Positions 27,084-36,086 of a stretch of DNA of 64,000 nucleotides are shown piece after piece. Every line of letters begins with the position of its first letter. Position 1 is the stretch's first letter. The notes beneath the pieces were generated by a model that saw only the letters and a list, made by a program, of their open reading frames with translations, ran no database searches and was not told where the DNA came from. The position numbers were made by a program, and so were the translations under genes. Origin of the DNA: an uncultured Candidatus Saccharibacteria bacterium (lineage in GTDB: Bacteria; Patescibacteriota; Minisyncoccia; Phycocordibacterales; CSBR16-119); NCBI GenBank assembly GCA_964589975.1, contig CAZPVH010000002.1, forward strand, positions 4,217 to 68,216, written 5' to 3'.

Positions 27084-28616
27084 ATGTCAAAAGACATCTC
27101 CAAAAACTCCATAGAACGCCCCCCTGTCGTCGCCGTCATGGGCCATGTCGATCACGGAAAATCGACGCTTTTGGACTATATTCGAAAGACTAACGTCGTG
27201 GAAAAAGAGCACGGCGGAATCACCCAACACATCTCGGCATACGAAGTGAGCCACAAGAACGAGGCGGGAGTAATGAAGAAAATCACCTTCCTCGACACTC
27301 CGGGCCATGAAGCCTTCTCAAACATGCGCGCCCGCGGCGCTCGCGCGGCCGATATTGCCGTTCTGGTAGTTGCAGCCGACGACGGCGTAAAGGCTCAGAC
27401 CAAAGAAGTCTACGAAACTATAATTGAGTCCAAGACTCCATTTATTGTCGCTATAAACAAGATCGACAAGCCCGGAGCAAATCTTGAAAAGACGAAGAAT
27501 TCCCTCTTGGAAGCCGGCATATATATTGAAGGCTACGGCGGCAGTATTTCTGCTGTCGAAGTTTCTTCAAAGACCGGCGCAGGGATAGATGAGCTTTTGG
27601 AAACAATTCTTCTCACAGCTGAGCTTGAAGGACTTAAGGGCGACCCTTACGAGAACGCTTCCGGCATTGTCATCGAATCAAATCTCGACGAAAAGCGAGG
27701 CATCTCATCAACGCTCGTCATAAAAAACGGCACCCTGAGAAAAGGAATGTACGTCGTGGCTGGCGACACAATAGCCGCGACCAGAATTTTTGAGGACTTC
27801 AAAGGAGATACTTTGAATTCCGCGACTTTCTCTTCCCCTATTTCCATCACCGGATTCAGTTCCGACGTTCGAATCTTCGGCCTGGTAAAAGTTCCGAAGG
27901 CCGGCGAAGAGTGGTTTTCTTTTGATACCAAAAAAGAAGCTGAGGAATACGCCGCGACATGCCGCACGAAGAAGAACGCGAACGAAATCCTCTCTTACAA
28001 TGATCATCTAAACTTTACTGTCCCAATAATCGTAAAGACCGATGTGGCAGGAACCGGCGAAGCGATCCAGGAAGAAATAGTAAAAATTATGTCCGAAGGC
28101 TCTGGTTTTAAAATTATTCGCGCTGGCGTCGGCGATATTTCCGAGTCGGATCTTACATACGCGCAAGCTGATAAAAATGTCCTAATCGTGGGCTTTAACG
28201 TAAAAGTTGAGCGCACTGCTCTCGACGCTAACGAGCAGATCGGCGCAACCATAAAGACTTTCAATATTATTTACGAGCTAACTGACTGGCTTCGTAAAAT
28301 GCTCGAAGAACGGCGTCCGCGAGTTGAGGAGCGCAGCGTCCTCGGCTCCGTAAAAGTCCTGAAGATTTTTAACGCGACAAAGAATCGCTTAGTCTTTGGC
28401 GGGCGCGTGAACAATGGCCTCATTAAGACGGGTAATTCTGTCGACATTCTCAGGCGAGAAGCAAAGATAGGAACCGGCAAGATTGTCGGCCTTCAGCAGT
28501 CCAAAGTTGAGACGAAAGAAGTGTCAGAGGGTCTCGAATTCGGCGGCATGATCGAATCAGATATTGAAGTGGCACCGGGGGACATCTTGGAAACATTTAC
28601 AATGATTCAAAAATAA
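27084..28616 (+). CDS. infB: translation initiation factor IF-2 (short form lacking the N-terminal domains)
   Basis: [20 protein letters not shown] and [17 protein letters not shown]-domain motifs, followed by IF-2 domain II and the C-terminal beta-barrel. 510 aa. Confidence 0.9.
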   Translation: MSKDISKNSIERPPVVAVMGHVDHGKSTLLDYIRKTNVVEKEHGGITQHISAYEVSHKNEAGVMKKITFLDTPGHEAFSNMRARGARAADIAVLVVAADDGVKAQTKEVYETIIESKTPFIVAINKIDKPGANLEKTKNSLLEAGIYIEGYGGSISAVEVSSKTGAGIDELLETILLTAELEGLKGDPYENASGIVIESNLDEKRGISSTLVIKNGTLRKGMYVVAGDTIAATRIFEDFKGDTLNSATFSSPISITGFSSDVRIFGLVKVPKAGEEWFSFDTKKEAEEYAATCRTKKNANEILSYNDHLNFTVPIIVKTDVAGTGEAIQEEIVKIMSEGSGFKIIRAGVGDISESDLTYAQADKNVLIVGFNVKVERTALDANEQIGATIKTFNIIYELTDWLRKMLEERRPRVEERSVLGSVKVLKIFNATKNRLVFGGRVNNGLIKTGNSVDILRREAKIGTGKIVGLQQSKVETKEVSEGLEFGGMIESDIEVAPGDILETFTMIQK

Positions 28617-28619
28617 TTT

Positions 28620-28943
28620 ATGTCAGACCGAACTCTAAAACTTGAAGAAATGATCAAGCAGCTGGCGGCAAAATTTATTGAGATCGAAGCTGACCGAACT
28701 TCCCTCATTACCGTCATGCGCGCGGACATCTCACCAGATCTAAAAAATTCAACCATATACATCAGTGTCCTACCCGACAGTCAGGCCGAAGCGGCGCTAA
28801 ACTTCTGCAAGCGTAAAATGACCGAGTTCAAACAGTACGCTAAACAGAATATGAATCTAAAGATCATCCCCTTCTTCCATGTCGAGCTTGATCATGGAGA
28901 GAAAAACCGCCAGAGAATAGAAGAGATTTCCCACAATATCTAA
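28620..28943 (+). CDS. rbfA: ribosome-binding factor A
   Basis: 107 aa, immediately downstream of infB (the conserved infB-rbfA order). KH-like pattern. Confidence 0.75.
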   Translation: MSDRTLKLEEMIKQLAAKFIEIEADRTSLITVMRADISPDLKNSTIYISVLPDSQAEAALNFCKRKMTEFKQYAKQNMNLKIIPFFHVELDHGEKNRQRIEEISHNI

Positions 28944-28986
28944 GCCCTGTAAAATTTGGATAAAATAGTATAGAATCTACTTCATT

Positions 28987-29002
28987 GGCTAGGTGGCGAA
29001 GT
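28987..29002 (+). pseudogene. 16-nt exact duplicate of the tRNA-Cys 5' end (GGCTAGGTGGCGAAGT) 65 nt upstream of the intact gene
   Basis: Exact match to 29068-29083. It is followed by an unrelated GC-rich hairpin (TCCGCC...GGCGGA). Confidence 0.55.
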
Positions 29003-29067
29003 TCCGCCTACGCACGGCTTCGGCGGACAGGGTCCACGCAGCGGCCGGATTTTCTGGACTCGGTATT

Positions 29068-29139
29068 GGCTAGGTGGCGAAGTGGTAACGCAGCGGTCTG
29101 CAAAACCGCCATGCACGGGTTCAATTCCCGTCCTAGCCT
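29068..29139 (+). tRNA. tRNA-Cys (anticodon GCA)
   Basis: GGCTAGGTGGCGAAGTGGTAACGC A GCGGT CTGCAAA ACCGC CATGC ACGGGTTCAATTCCCGT CCTAGCC T. The U73 discriminator is typical of Cys. Confidence 0.85.
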
Positions 29140-29243
29140 CAAGTCGAACTTTTTACACATGCCCGGATGGCGCATAATTTGACTATAGAGGTATACGCGC
29201 GCGACATTTTGGCTAGTAATAGTACATTGGAAATGATTTATTT

Positions 29244-29328
29244 GCCCGGATGGCGGAATTGGTATACGCGCACGACTTAAAATCGTGTCTCGAAAGGGAT
29301 GTGGGTTCGACCCCCACTCCGGGCACCA
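29244..29328 (+). tRNA. tRNA-Leu (anticodon TAA), CCA encoded
   Basis: GCCCGGATGGCGGAATTGGTATACGC G CACGA CTTAAAA TCGTG TCTCGAAAGGGATG TGGGTTCGACCCCCA CTCCGGGC A CCA. Confidence 0.85.
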
Positions 29329-29369
29329 GTCTTTTATTTTATTTTTTTTCTGGTAGAATTTCCCGGTAC

Positions 29370-29442
29370 CCCCTTGTAGCTCAGCTGGTAGAGCAGCTCC
29401 CTCTTAAGGAGAAGGTCCTAGGTTCGATCCCTAGCGAGGGGA
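29370..29442 (+). tRNA. tRNA-Lys (anticodon CTT)
   Basis: CCCCTTGTAGCTCAGCTGGTAGAGC A GCTCC CTCTTAA GGAGA AGGTC CTAGGTTCGATCCCTAG CGAGGGG A. Unusual C1-G72 and one anticodon-stem mismatch. Confidence 0.7.
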
Positions 29443-29466
29443 CAATGCAGTCATAGATAAATGTAT

Positions 29467-29548
29467 GCCCGGGTGGCGAAATTGGTAGACGCGCTAGTCT
29501 TAGGAACTAGTGGAGCAATCCATGGAGGTTCGATTCCTCTCCCGGGCA
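29467..29548 (+). tRNA. tRNA-Leu (anticodon TAG), long variable arm
   Basis: GCCCGGGTGGCGAAATTGGTAGACGC G CTAGT CTTAGGA ACTAG TGGAGCAATCCATG GAGGTTCGATTCCTC TCCCGGGC A. Confidence 0.85.
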
Positions 29549-29590
29549 CAAAAGACACAAAATCCCGACTGCTCGGGGTTTTGTGCTTTT

Positions 29591-29657
29591 GTGCCGGCCG
29601 GAGCGATGTTTTTGTTTTAGCGAAGCGAAAGGCAAAAACCGCGAGGCGGGGTCGCGG
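29591..29657 (+). repeat. tRNA-trailing repeat element, copy C (reference copy)
   Basis: GTGCCGGCCGGAGCGATGTTTTTGTTTTAGCGAAGCGAAAGGCAAAAACCGCGAGGCGGGGTCGCGG. Lies immediately 3' of tRNA-Leu(TAG), after a short hairpin. Confidence 0.7.
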
Positions 29658-29717
29658 AATTTCCCCGTCATGGGAAATATCTGTAACCACAAAATACGTG
29701 ATATTATAATATCCATC

Positions 29718-31328
29718 ATGCAAAAACATCTTACTTTTGCGAAAATCGCCCCTTTTCTAATATTTCTTTTCTTTTTCGGTTATACTCTAATCATCCGACT
29801 AAGCATCGGTACTTTTCTCACTTCTGATGATCCATTCTTTCACGCGCGAATGTCTCACAGCTTGTGGCACGGAGAAGAAGTCACCATGCCCCGCCTTTCC
29901 ACCCAGCACGATCACACATCCAATTTATATTTCTTATATCACGCCGCCATGTCGCCCTTTGTCGGTCATTGCGAGACATCTGACTTCAAGTGCATCATCA
30001 CAGGCTCGCAGATCTTTCATTCCCTGATCGTCGGCCTGTTTGCTGTATTTTCATATTTGGTCTTTCAAAGGGTCTTAAGAAGGGGCAAAGTAAAAAATTC
30101 TGAGATACTGGCGCTTCTTCTCGTGGTACTAATGGTTTTAGTCTCGAGACAATACTTGCATAGATTCCTCATGGAGCGTCCGATCATCTGGAGCCTTGGT
30201 TTTACCGCCGTCTATATTTACGCGCTTGTCCGGAAAAAAGACTATTGGATATTTTTTATTCCGCTCGCTTATGTCTTTTCATATTCAGTTACATTCATGA
30301 TTCTAATTCCGGCTTTTGTATACGCTTTTTCGGGAATCTTTGCCGGCAAACAAGAATTCCGCTACGGTCTTCGAACCCTCGGACTCACTCTTGGTGGGCT
30401 TGCGGCTGGCATAATCCTCCGGCCCGACAGCTATAACTATCTACTTAACGCGTATGGATCGCATTTTCTTTCAATCTATCAAAGCCTCACTAGCCACAAC
30501 AGCGTGTCAGTTCCCGGGGAATTCAAGCCTGTCATCGGCGAACTCATATATTCATACAACATTTGGTATTGGATTTTTCTCTTTTTATTTGTCTACCTTT
30601 TGGTCAAAGCATTTCGAACAGAGAGGGCGCATGCCGAGCGGCGAAACCTCATCTTCCTAAATGGCGCTACGCTATTCTTCACGCTCCTTTTCCCTATTTT
30701 CTTCCGAGCCATAGACTATTTGCTATTCATTGGATTTTTCTCCTTGGCTTACAATATCGCTCACTATTCGTCCCTTCGGGACGACAGAAGCTTACTGAAT
30801 ATGTTCCTCGGCAAGGGTAAATATCTTATTGCTATATCCATCCTGGCAGTCCTGTCTTTATCATTCGTCCTAGTAAGACCTATAAAAAATGTCACGAGCG
30901 ACGAATACCTCCATAAGTATTTCAATATGGAATACACGGACATAACAGAAGCTATACGAAAAGACTACACGCCGGGAGAGCTGGTCTTTACGCCAGGCTT
31001 CGGCGTCTACGCCAAACTCATTTTTTACGATCCTGGTATAACTTATCCGATGGGAATGGATTCGTCTTTTACTCGCTTGTATGACGAACAGGTTTTCTGG
31101 AAAATCCAGCACATGATCCGCGGAGAAAATATCTGCGGCACTCACATGTGCGCGGAAGACGAAGGAACCTATGAATTTCTGCGCGAAATAGAAACTAAAT
31201 ATGTGCTTGTAGATGACGAAGTTACGACAACGCTTCCATTCGCGCAAACCTTGGCAAGCGACAAGCGTTTCGAGCTAGTCTATACGCACTCGGTAAATAC
31301 GAATCTCCACCTTTACAAGGTTAATTAA
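29718..31328 (+). CDS. polytopic membrane protein, putative GT-C-type glycosyltransferase
   Basis: The ORF track starts at 29583 inside the repeat. The first in-frame ATG after it is at 29718 (MQKHLTFAKIAPFLIF...). There are more than 12 TM helices, and the gene is adjacent to a GT2 polyprenol-phosphate sugar transferase gene. Confidence 0.5.
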   Translation: MQKHLTFAKIAPFLIFLFFFGYTLIIRLSIGTFLTSDDPFFHARMSHSLWHGEEVTMPRLSTQHDHTSNLYFLYHAAMSPFVGHCETSDFKCIITGSQIFHSLIVGLFAVFSYLVFQRVLRRGKVKNSEILALLLVVLMVLVSRQYLHRFLMERPIIWSLGFTAVYIYALVRKKDYWIFFIPLAYVFSYSVTFMILIPAFVYAFSGIFAGKQEFRYGLRTLGLTLGGLAAGIILRPDSYNYLLNAYGSHFLSIYQSLTSHNSVSVPGEFKPVIGELIYSYNIWYWIFLFLFVYLLVKAFRTERAHAERRNLIFLNGATLFFTLLFPIFFRAIDYLLFIGFFSLAYNIAHYSSLRDDRSLLNMFLGKGKYLIAISILAVLSLSFVLVRPIKNVTSDEYLHKYFNMEYTDITEAIRKDYTPGELVFTPGFGVYAKLIFYDPGITYPMGMDSSFTRLYDEQVFWKIQHMIRGENICGTHMCAEDEGTYEFLREIETKYVLVDDEVTTTLPFAQTLASDKRFELVYTHSVNTNLHLYKVN

Positions 31329-32016
31329 AAAATCTGTACCTGATGGCAGCCGTCGCGGCACGCCAGCCCTCGCGCAGGTATGACATTTTTTTCCCCTGAG
31401 AAACACTGCGCGGATAATAACTGATTGGAACCTCAACTATTTTTATCATGCGACGAACCAGCTTGGCCGTTATTTCGACTTCAATATCGAATCCTGAACT
31501 TCTGAGGGCCAGAGATTTCAGTAAGTCTGCGCGAATGGCTTTTTGTCCGGTTTCAAGGTCAGTCAAATTTGTAGGGTACAAAATATTAAAAAAAATATTT
31601 AGAACTTTGTTAACAAAGGCTGTGATAAATGGAATTTTATTTTTATCTGCGCCAATAAAGCGCGAACCGTAAACCGCCGAAACACAATCTCCGCTAAATG
31701 CCGACAGGAGTTTCGGGTATTGATTGGGATGATACTCTAGATCCGCGTCTTGGAAAATTATAATCTCTCCGCTCGCGGCTTTTATCCCTTCGCGAAGCGA
31801 CGCGCCTTTTCCTGAGTTTGATTCTTTGAGAATTACTTTGACGAAATCATCCGTCAATTTTCTAAGCCAATCTCTGGTTCCATCTGTCGATCCGTCGTCG
31901 ACAATAATTATTTCTTTTTGATTATTCTGTCCCGTTTCAGCTTGTTTTACCTTCGAAATTACTTCGGAAATGGTATCTATTTCGTTAAAACACGGAATGA
32001 TGACAGAAATTTTCAT
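31321..32016 (-). CDS. family-2 glycosyltransferase (polyprenol-phosphate sugar synthase, Dpm1/ArnC-like)
   Basis: ISVIIPCFNE...IIVDDGSTDGT...QDADLEYHP are GT2 DXD-containing motifs. 231 aa. Confidence 0.75.
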   Translation of the reverse strand: MKISVIIPCFNEIDTISEVISKVKQAETGQNNQKEIIIVDDGSTDGTRDWLRKLTDDFVKVILKESNSGKGASLREGIKAASGEIIIFQDADLEYHPNQYPKLLSAFSGDCVSAVYGSRFIGADKNKIPFITAFVNKVLNIFFNILYPTNLTDLETGQKAIRADLLKSLALRSSGFDIEVEITAKLVRRMIKIVEVPISYYPRSVSQGKKMSYLREGWRAATAAIRYRFFN

Positions 32017-32167
32017 ACCTAAATTTTAGCAATTTTGATGTCTTATTCCTAATTTAGCCTTGATTTTCAACGTTTTTTGCCTTGACAATAAGGCATTTTA
32101 TATGCTATAATACACGGGAAGGAACTGAAACAAAAACGTCGTTCATCGACAACAAAAAACCAACATA

Positions 32168-34072
32168 ATGAACTGGAAACTCATCAGAAATTGGGCCGGC
32201 ATATTTGCCGTCTCCATGCTGCTGATTCTCTGGATCGGCACACCAATCGCATGGGCGGTTGGAATCGGTCTCGGGATAACAGCCGCAGCTTTCTTCCTGA
32301 CAGGAAAAAAGCTGAGTGACTTCAACGCCACGGGAACTACGCCTGCCGGAGCACCCGCTCCGGTAACCCCTCCCCCGTCCAGAAACAAAAATCAAAGCAA
32401 TCTGATGGCATATCTGGCGTGGCCGCTTCTTGGACTGCTTCTGATTCCCGTGATCGATATGTACGTCCTGAAAGGCAAATCCCCGATTGGCGTACCACTT
32501 GTAATGGCTGCCGCGATCACCCTCGCATTGTTCTTCTTGAACAGGAGGTTTGGGGTAGCCGGACGCGCAAAGAGCGCCGCGCAGACGGGATCAAACTCGC
32601 TAGTATCGGCTTTCAATGCCATGCTTTCGAGCGGGATATCGATTACGATATTCGTTCTGTCTCTGATCGCAATTGGGCTCGTGTACTTGGTCTTCCCCAT
32701 CTATTGGGCGACCCTTGTTATGCTCATCATCGTCGGGCTTGCTAGCCTGCTCGGTCATGCGCTGATCAGCGATGAATGGCTGAAAAGCCGGGACCTCCTG
32801 ATCTTCTCACACTTCTTCGGCGAAGGAACGTATGGAGAACCCGATGCTTCCTCACACAGGAGGAATTGGAAACATCTCCCGACGGGCCTCAATTGGAAGT
32901 ACTTCGTGTGTCTGTCTGTCGCTCTAATCATTATCGGTTATTTGATTCCCGCCAGCTTCCCGCTGTTCGGATTCTCTACCGACACAATGATCGGCGACTT
33001 GTCAGTAGGACGGATATACTTCTATGTCGTACTGCTTTATCTGATAGCCTCTGGTTTACCCTTCGGCTCTCTCAAGGAGCTCGCTATCGACAAAGAAGAA
33101 GAGGGCGAAGGCACAGGTAATGATATCGGCGGGATCGGCTGGAGACCATTTGTCCGCATCAATGAACGCGGCCTGGTGTTCTTCTTCGGGTTCGCCGTGT
33201 GCGAAGTTTCTGGTTCGCTCTGGATACCTCTTCCTATGGGTATTTCTTGGGTGCATTTGTATCCAAAGAACCACATTCAACGGGAGAGGCTAAAGAAGGG
33301 TCAGAGATTGAACGCAACAAGGGAGTTTGATGGCAAACCCATCAGCAATGCCCTTAAAGCCACAGATCCGAAGAGCCGCGCCATGACCGCTGACGTGATA
33401 ACCGCGCGTTCATATGTCATACCCCGTGGATACTTGGCTATCTTTGAGAAGCGATGCAGCAGCATCCGCCAAGCAAACAAGCTGATCGAAGACACGGTCA
33501 GCGCGGAAAATGAAGTAGTCCTGAGCCCTCTCTCATACCGCGAGGTATCTGAGCACATGAAAGCCGTGGGCAATAGACTCCACAATGTCTGCCAGTTGAG
33601 GGTGCGCGAACCGTATCTCAACACACTGACAGGCACAAAAAAGGAAAAGGACGCCGAGATTGCCCGTCGCGGCTACACAGACATCGATACTTACGGTATC
33701 GATATGATCTATGTAGAGCTCAAAAGCGTGGACCCTGACAGCAGAATCACGACTGCGGACAACGAAGACGCCGCGTCGATTGCACAACTATCAAAGACCA
33801 AGCGGGTTGCTGAAGGCATTCGCGTAACGAAGAAAGCTGAAGCGATTGGCCCTTACGAAGCGCTGATCGAGGCAGTCACCAAGAACGCTCAAACGCTTGG
33901 AATCGTTGACGAAGATGGCCGCGTAAAACCCGGCCAGGAAGACTCTCTGCGGAAACTGTTTGACACGTACATCGCTACTGGAGCGATGAAGGACATGCAG
34001 ATTCAGAACATCAATGTTGGAGACAGCATTTACGGGCTCCTCAAGAACTTCATCAAACAAAAAGCTGCGTAA
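32168..34072 (+). CDS. membrane protein with a C-terminal SPFH/band-7-like domain (tentative)
   Basis: 634 aa. The N-terminal ~250 aa are multi-TM. The C-terminal soluble part has an SPFH-like stretch (IDMIYVELKSVDP...KRVAEGIRVTKKAEAIGPYEALIEA). GC is elevated. Confidence 0.35.
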   Translation: MNWKLIRNWAGIFAVSMLLILWIGTPIAWAVGIGLGITAAAFFLTGKKLSDFNATGTTPAGAPAPVTPPPSRNKNQSNLMAYLAWPLLGLLLIPVIDMYVLKGKSPIGVPLVMAAAITLALFFLNRRFGVAGRAKSAAQTGSNSLVSAFNAMLSSGISITIFVLSLIAIGLVYLVFPIYWATLVMLIIVGLASLLGHALISDEWLKSRDLLIFSHFFGEGTYGEPDASSHRRNWKHLPTGLNWKYFVCLSVALIIIGYLIPASFPLFGFSTDTMIGDLSVGRIYFYVVLLYLIASGLPFGSLKELAIDKEEEGEGTGNDIGGIGWRPFVRINERGLVFFFGFAVCEVSGSLWIPLPMGISWVHLYPKNHIQRERLKKGQRLNATREFDGKPISNALKATDPKSRAMTADVITARSYVIPRGYLAIFEKRCSSIRQANKLIEDTVSAENEVVLSPLSYREVSEHMKAVGNRLHNVCQLRVREPYLNTLTGTKKEKDAEIARRGYTDIDTYGIDMIYVELKSVDPDSRITTADNEDAASIAQLSKTKRVAEGIRVTKKAEAIGPYEALIEAVTKNAQTLGIVDEDGRVKPGQEDSLRKLFDTYIATGAMKDMQIQNINVGDSIYGLLKNFIKQKAA

Positions 34073-34075
34073 ACG

Positions 34076-34765
34076 ATGGAAGAAGTAACTGGACTGAAAA
34101 CTGTGGCCACCATTGCCTTCTTCGCAATTGTGGTTGCCATGATCTGGTTCTCCCTCATACAGCCATATATCTTCGGGAAGAGAACCTCTTCCAGTAAAGA
34201 TGGCAGTACTTCAGAGAAACCAAGTATCAAGTTGTCGTTCCTGAAGAATCGTTGGGTCATCGCAATCGGCCTGGTACTTCTACTCATCTTCGTGTGGAAT
34301 GCCGGAGGAACACAAGCTCATGTGAGGATGTCGGAGGTTAGGAATGAACAATTGCACAAGGTGTTCATTCCCGTCGGGGAAACGAGAGATGCGTTTGCCT
34401 ATGCGATCTACGCTAGCGGACAAATCGATCTCGATTACCTCGAAAGCTCTCCTGACATTACCGAGATCACGTGTGGTGATGTTCACCATTCGTGGGCACC
34501 GGGTTACACCGAGATAGACGCCTGCGACAGCCTGTTCTACTACATCTGCTACGACGCTCGTAAGAACCGCTGGGGTGCAATCAATACCAACGTCCCAGGG
34601 CAGGTCCTCCGGGTCAACGTAGATGCAGCCAAAATTCGCGTTTGGTGTCAGACAATGAACCCGCGCTACGAAGGCTACAACTTGCGCGTTTACCAACGCC
34701 AAGGCCAACCACACAAGGACCCGAGGAAGCAGCAAAAACTCGCTTCTCGGAAAAAGAAGAACTAA
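34076..34765 (+). CDS. membrane-anchored hypothetical protein
   Basis: 229 aa with two N-terminal TM segments, a Cys-containing ectodomain and a basic C-terminal tail. Starts 4 nt after the previous gene. Confidence 0.45.
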   Translation: MEEVTGLKTVATIAFFAIVVAMIWFSLIQPYIFGKRTSSSKDGSTSEKPSIKLSFLKNRWVIAIGLVLLLIFVWNAGGTQAHVRMSEVRNEQLHKVFIPVGETRDAFAYAIYASGQIDLDYLESSPDITEITCGDVHHSWAPGYTEIDACDSLFYYICYDARKNRWGAINTNVPGQVLRVNVDAAKIRVWCQTMNPRYEGYNLRVYQRQGQPHKDPRKQQKLASRKKKN

Positions 34766-34778
34766 GCTCTTTCAAATG

Positions 34779-34808
34779 AAAAAGCCCCGACTTGTCGGGG
34801 CTTTTCCA
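34779..34808. terminator. bidirectional terminator hairpin AAAAGCCCCGAC-TT-GTCGGGGCTTTT
   Basis: Read from the sequence, between convergent genes. Confidence 0.65.
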
Positions 34809-34814
34809 TTTGCC

Positions 34815-35150
34815 TTATTCCGGATTTCCAATGTTTACTTCTCCCGTCTCAACGTTTATTTCGTCTTGAGTAATTCCGAGCGTCCCAAGGATGATCTTCA
34901 TGATCAGGAAGACTCCGACCATGATAGAGAGGCCAATAATGCCCCACATCATGTGCCGTCTTCCCTTCTCCCGCCCATCATCGCTGTCTGAGTCCCGCAT
35001 GTATTCGTATATTCCATAGATGAAATATGCAACAGCGAGCACGACCAGAAAGTAGATGAGCGGATTGAAGAGGTGCTTGTTCAGCTTTTGGATGAACGTA
35101 TCGACGTCTGCGTGAGCGAGCGGAGTGACAAGATGGATAAGCCAGAACAT
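34815..35150 (-). CDS. small secreted protein with the C-terminal two-helix 'pilin-like' module (VirB2/TrbC-like, tentative), paralog 6
   Basis: Start chosen at MFWLIHLV, giving 111 aa. The module reads PLIYFLVVLAVAYFIYGIYEYMRDSDSDDGREKGRRHMMWGIIGLSIMVGVFLI. It is a paralog of the five genes upstream. Confidence 0.4.
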   Translation of the reverse strand: MFWLIHLVTPLAHADVDTFIQKLNKHLFNPLIYFLVVLAVAYFIYGIYEYMRDSDSDDGREKGRRHMMWGIIGLSIMVGVFLIMKIILGTLGITQDEINVETGEVNIGNPE

Positions 35151-35154
35151 AAGA

Positions 35155-35598
35155 CTAGACGCAGTTTGGAGGAAGTTCGAAGTCCTGGTTATCAGGATTC
35201 CAGTAAGGCTGGCAGTTTCCTGTGTTTCCGCCACCCTGACCGACATCGAATGTCTGGTTGAGGATCGCTACGAGTCCCCAAATCGAAACAATAACGAAGA
35301 CGGCAATGATTCCGTGAAGGATCGTTTTTCGCGCCTTTGCCTGTGTCTCATCGTCATCAGCAGTGATGTATTTAATCACGCCGACAATCACCCAGATGAC
35401 TGCGAGAGTCACGAGGATCGGAATGACGACCGCAAGGATTCCGGAAACGATTCCGAGAATATTGAAAGCGTCGCCACCGCCTGGCAAGACTGTACCAGCA
35501 GACTGTCCGCCTGGCTGGAAATCAAACTGCGCGAGTGCAAGCGCCGGAGCCAAGAATGACGCCGCACCTACTGACAACTTTAATAAAGTGTTCTTCAT
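35155..35598 (-). CDS. small secreted pilin-like protein (VirB2/TrbC-like, tentative), paralog 5
   Basis: 147 aa. A signal peptide ending ALALAQ, then hydrophobic helix 1 (ILGIVSGILAVVIPILVTLAVIWVIVGVI), a charged loop (KYITADDDETQAKARK) and helix 2 (GIIAVFVIVSIWGLVAIL). Confidence 0.45.
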   Translation of the reverse strand: MKNTLLKLSVGAASFLAPALALAQFDFQPGGQSAGTVLPGGGDAFNILGIVSGILAVVIPILVTLAVIWVIVGVIKYITADDDETQAKARKTILHGIIAVFVIVSIWGLVAILNQTFDVGQGGGNTGNCQPYWNPDNQDFELPPNCV

Positions 35599-35682
35599 AA
35601 TATAAAATTAATAATAAATAATAAACGACCTGTTATTCACTAATACCCCCTTATTATATCACACGCCTCCCTACGAAATGCA

Positions 35683-36084
35683 CTACACTCCGTCCTGAAG
35701 CTGTGGAATAAGCGTATCAGTTCCAAGTCCAAATGTTCCCTGAATAATTCCGACAAGCCCCCAGATGGATACCATGACGAATAGGGCGACAATCCCGTAG
35801 ATCATAAATCGGCGTCCCTCTTCCCTCTGCGCCGCTTCATCAGCTTTTGCAATGTACTTGATCACACCAACAATGAATAGAACGATGGAGAGCGTAATGA
35901 GAAGTGGAACCAAAGCCTTTCTCATGATACAGATCCCGAGCAAGAGCACATCTGCGACGTTGTCAACGCTGTCGTCACAAATACTGCCACCATTGCCGCC
36001 AGACTGCTGCGCCAGAGCTGGAATCGGAACCGCGGGCATAAGAGAGAGGACAAACATAAAAGATAGAAGGAATTTTTTCATCAT
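35683..36084 (-). CDS. small secreted pilin-like protein (VirB2/TrbC-like, tentative), paralog 4
   Basis: 133 aa with the same architecture: a signal peptide ending PALAQQ, then ...LLITLSIVLFIVGVIKYIAKADEAAQREEGRRFMIYGIVALFVMVSIWGLVGII. Confidence 0.45.
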   Translation of the reverse strand: MMKKFLLSFMFVLSLMPAVPIPALAQQSGGNGGSICDDSVDNVADVLLLGICIMRKALVPLLITLSIVLFIVGVIKYIAKADEAAQREEGRRFMIYGIVALFVMVSIWGLVGIIQGTFGLGTDTLIPQLQDGV

Positions 36085-36086
36085 GA

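Noticed and set aside
29583-29717. N-terminal 45-codon extension of the GT-C membrane protein ORF (MLLCRPERCFCFSEAKGKNREAGSRNF...)
   Set aside because: The extension is the translated repeat element. The first hydrophobic, protein-like sequence begins at the ATG at 29718.
29451-29729. 92-aa minus-strand ORF over tRNA-Leu(TAG) and the repeat
   Set aside because: It is antisense to a tRNA (GRGIEPP signature) and to the repeat element, so it is spurious.
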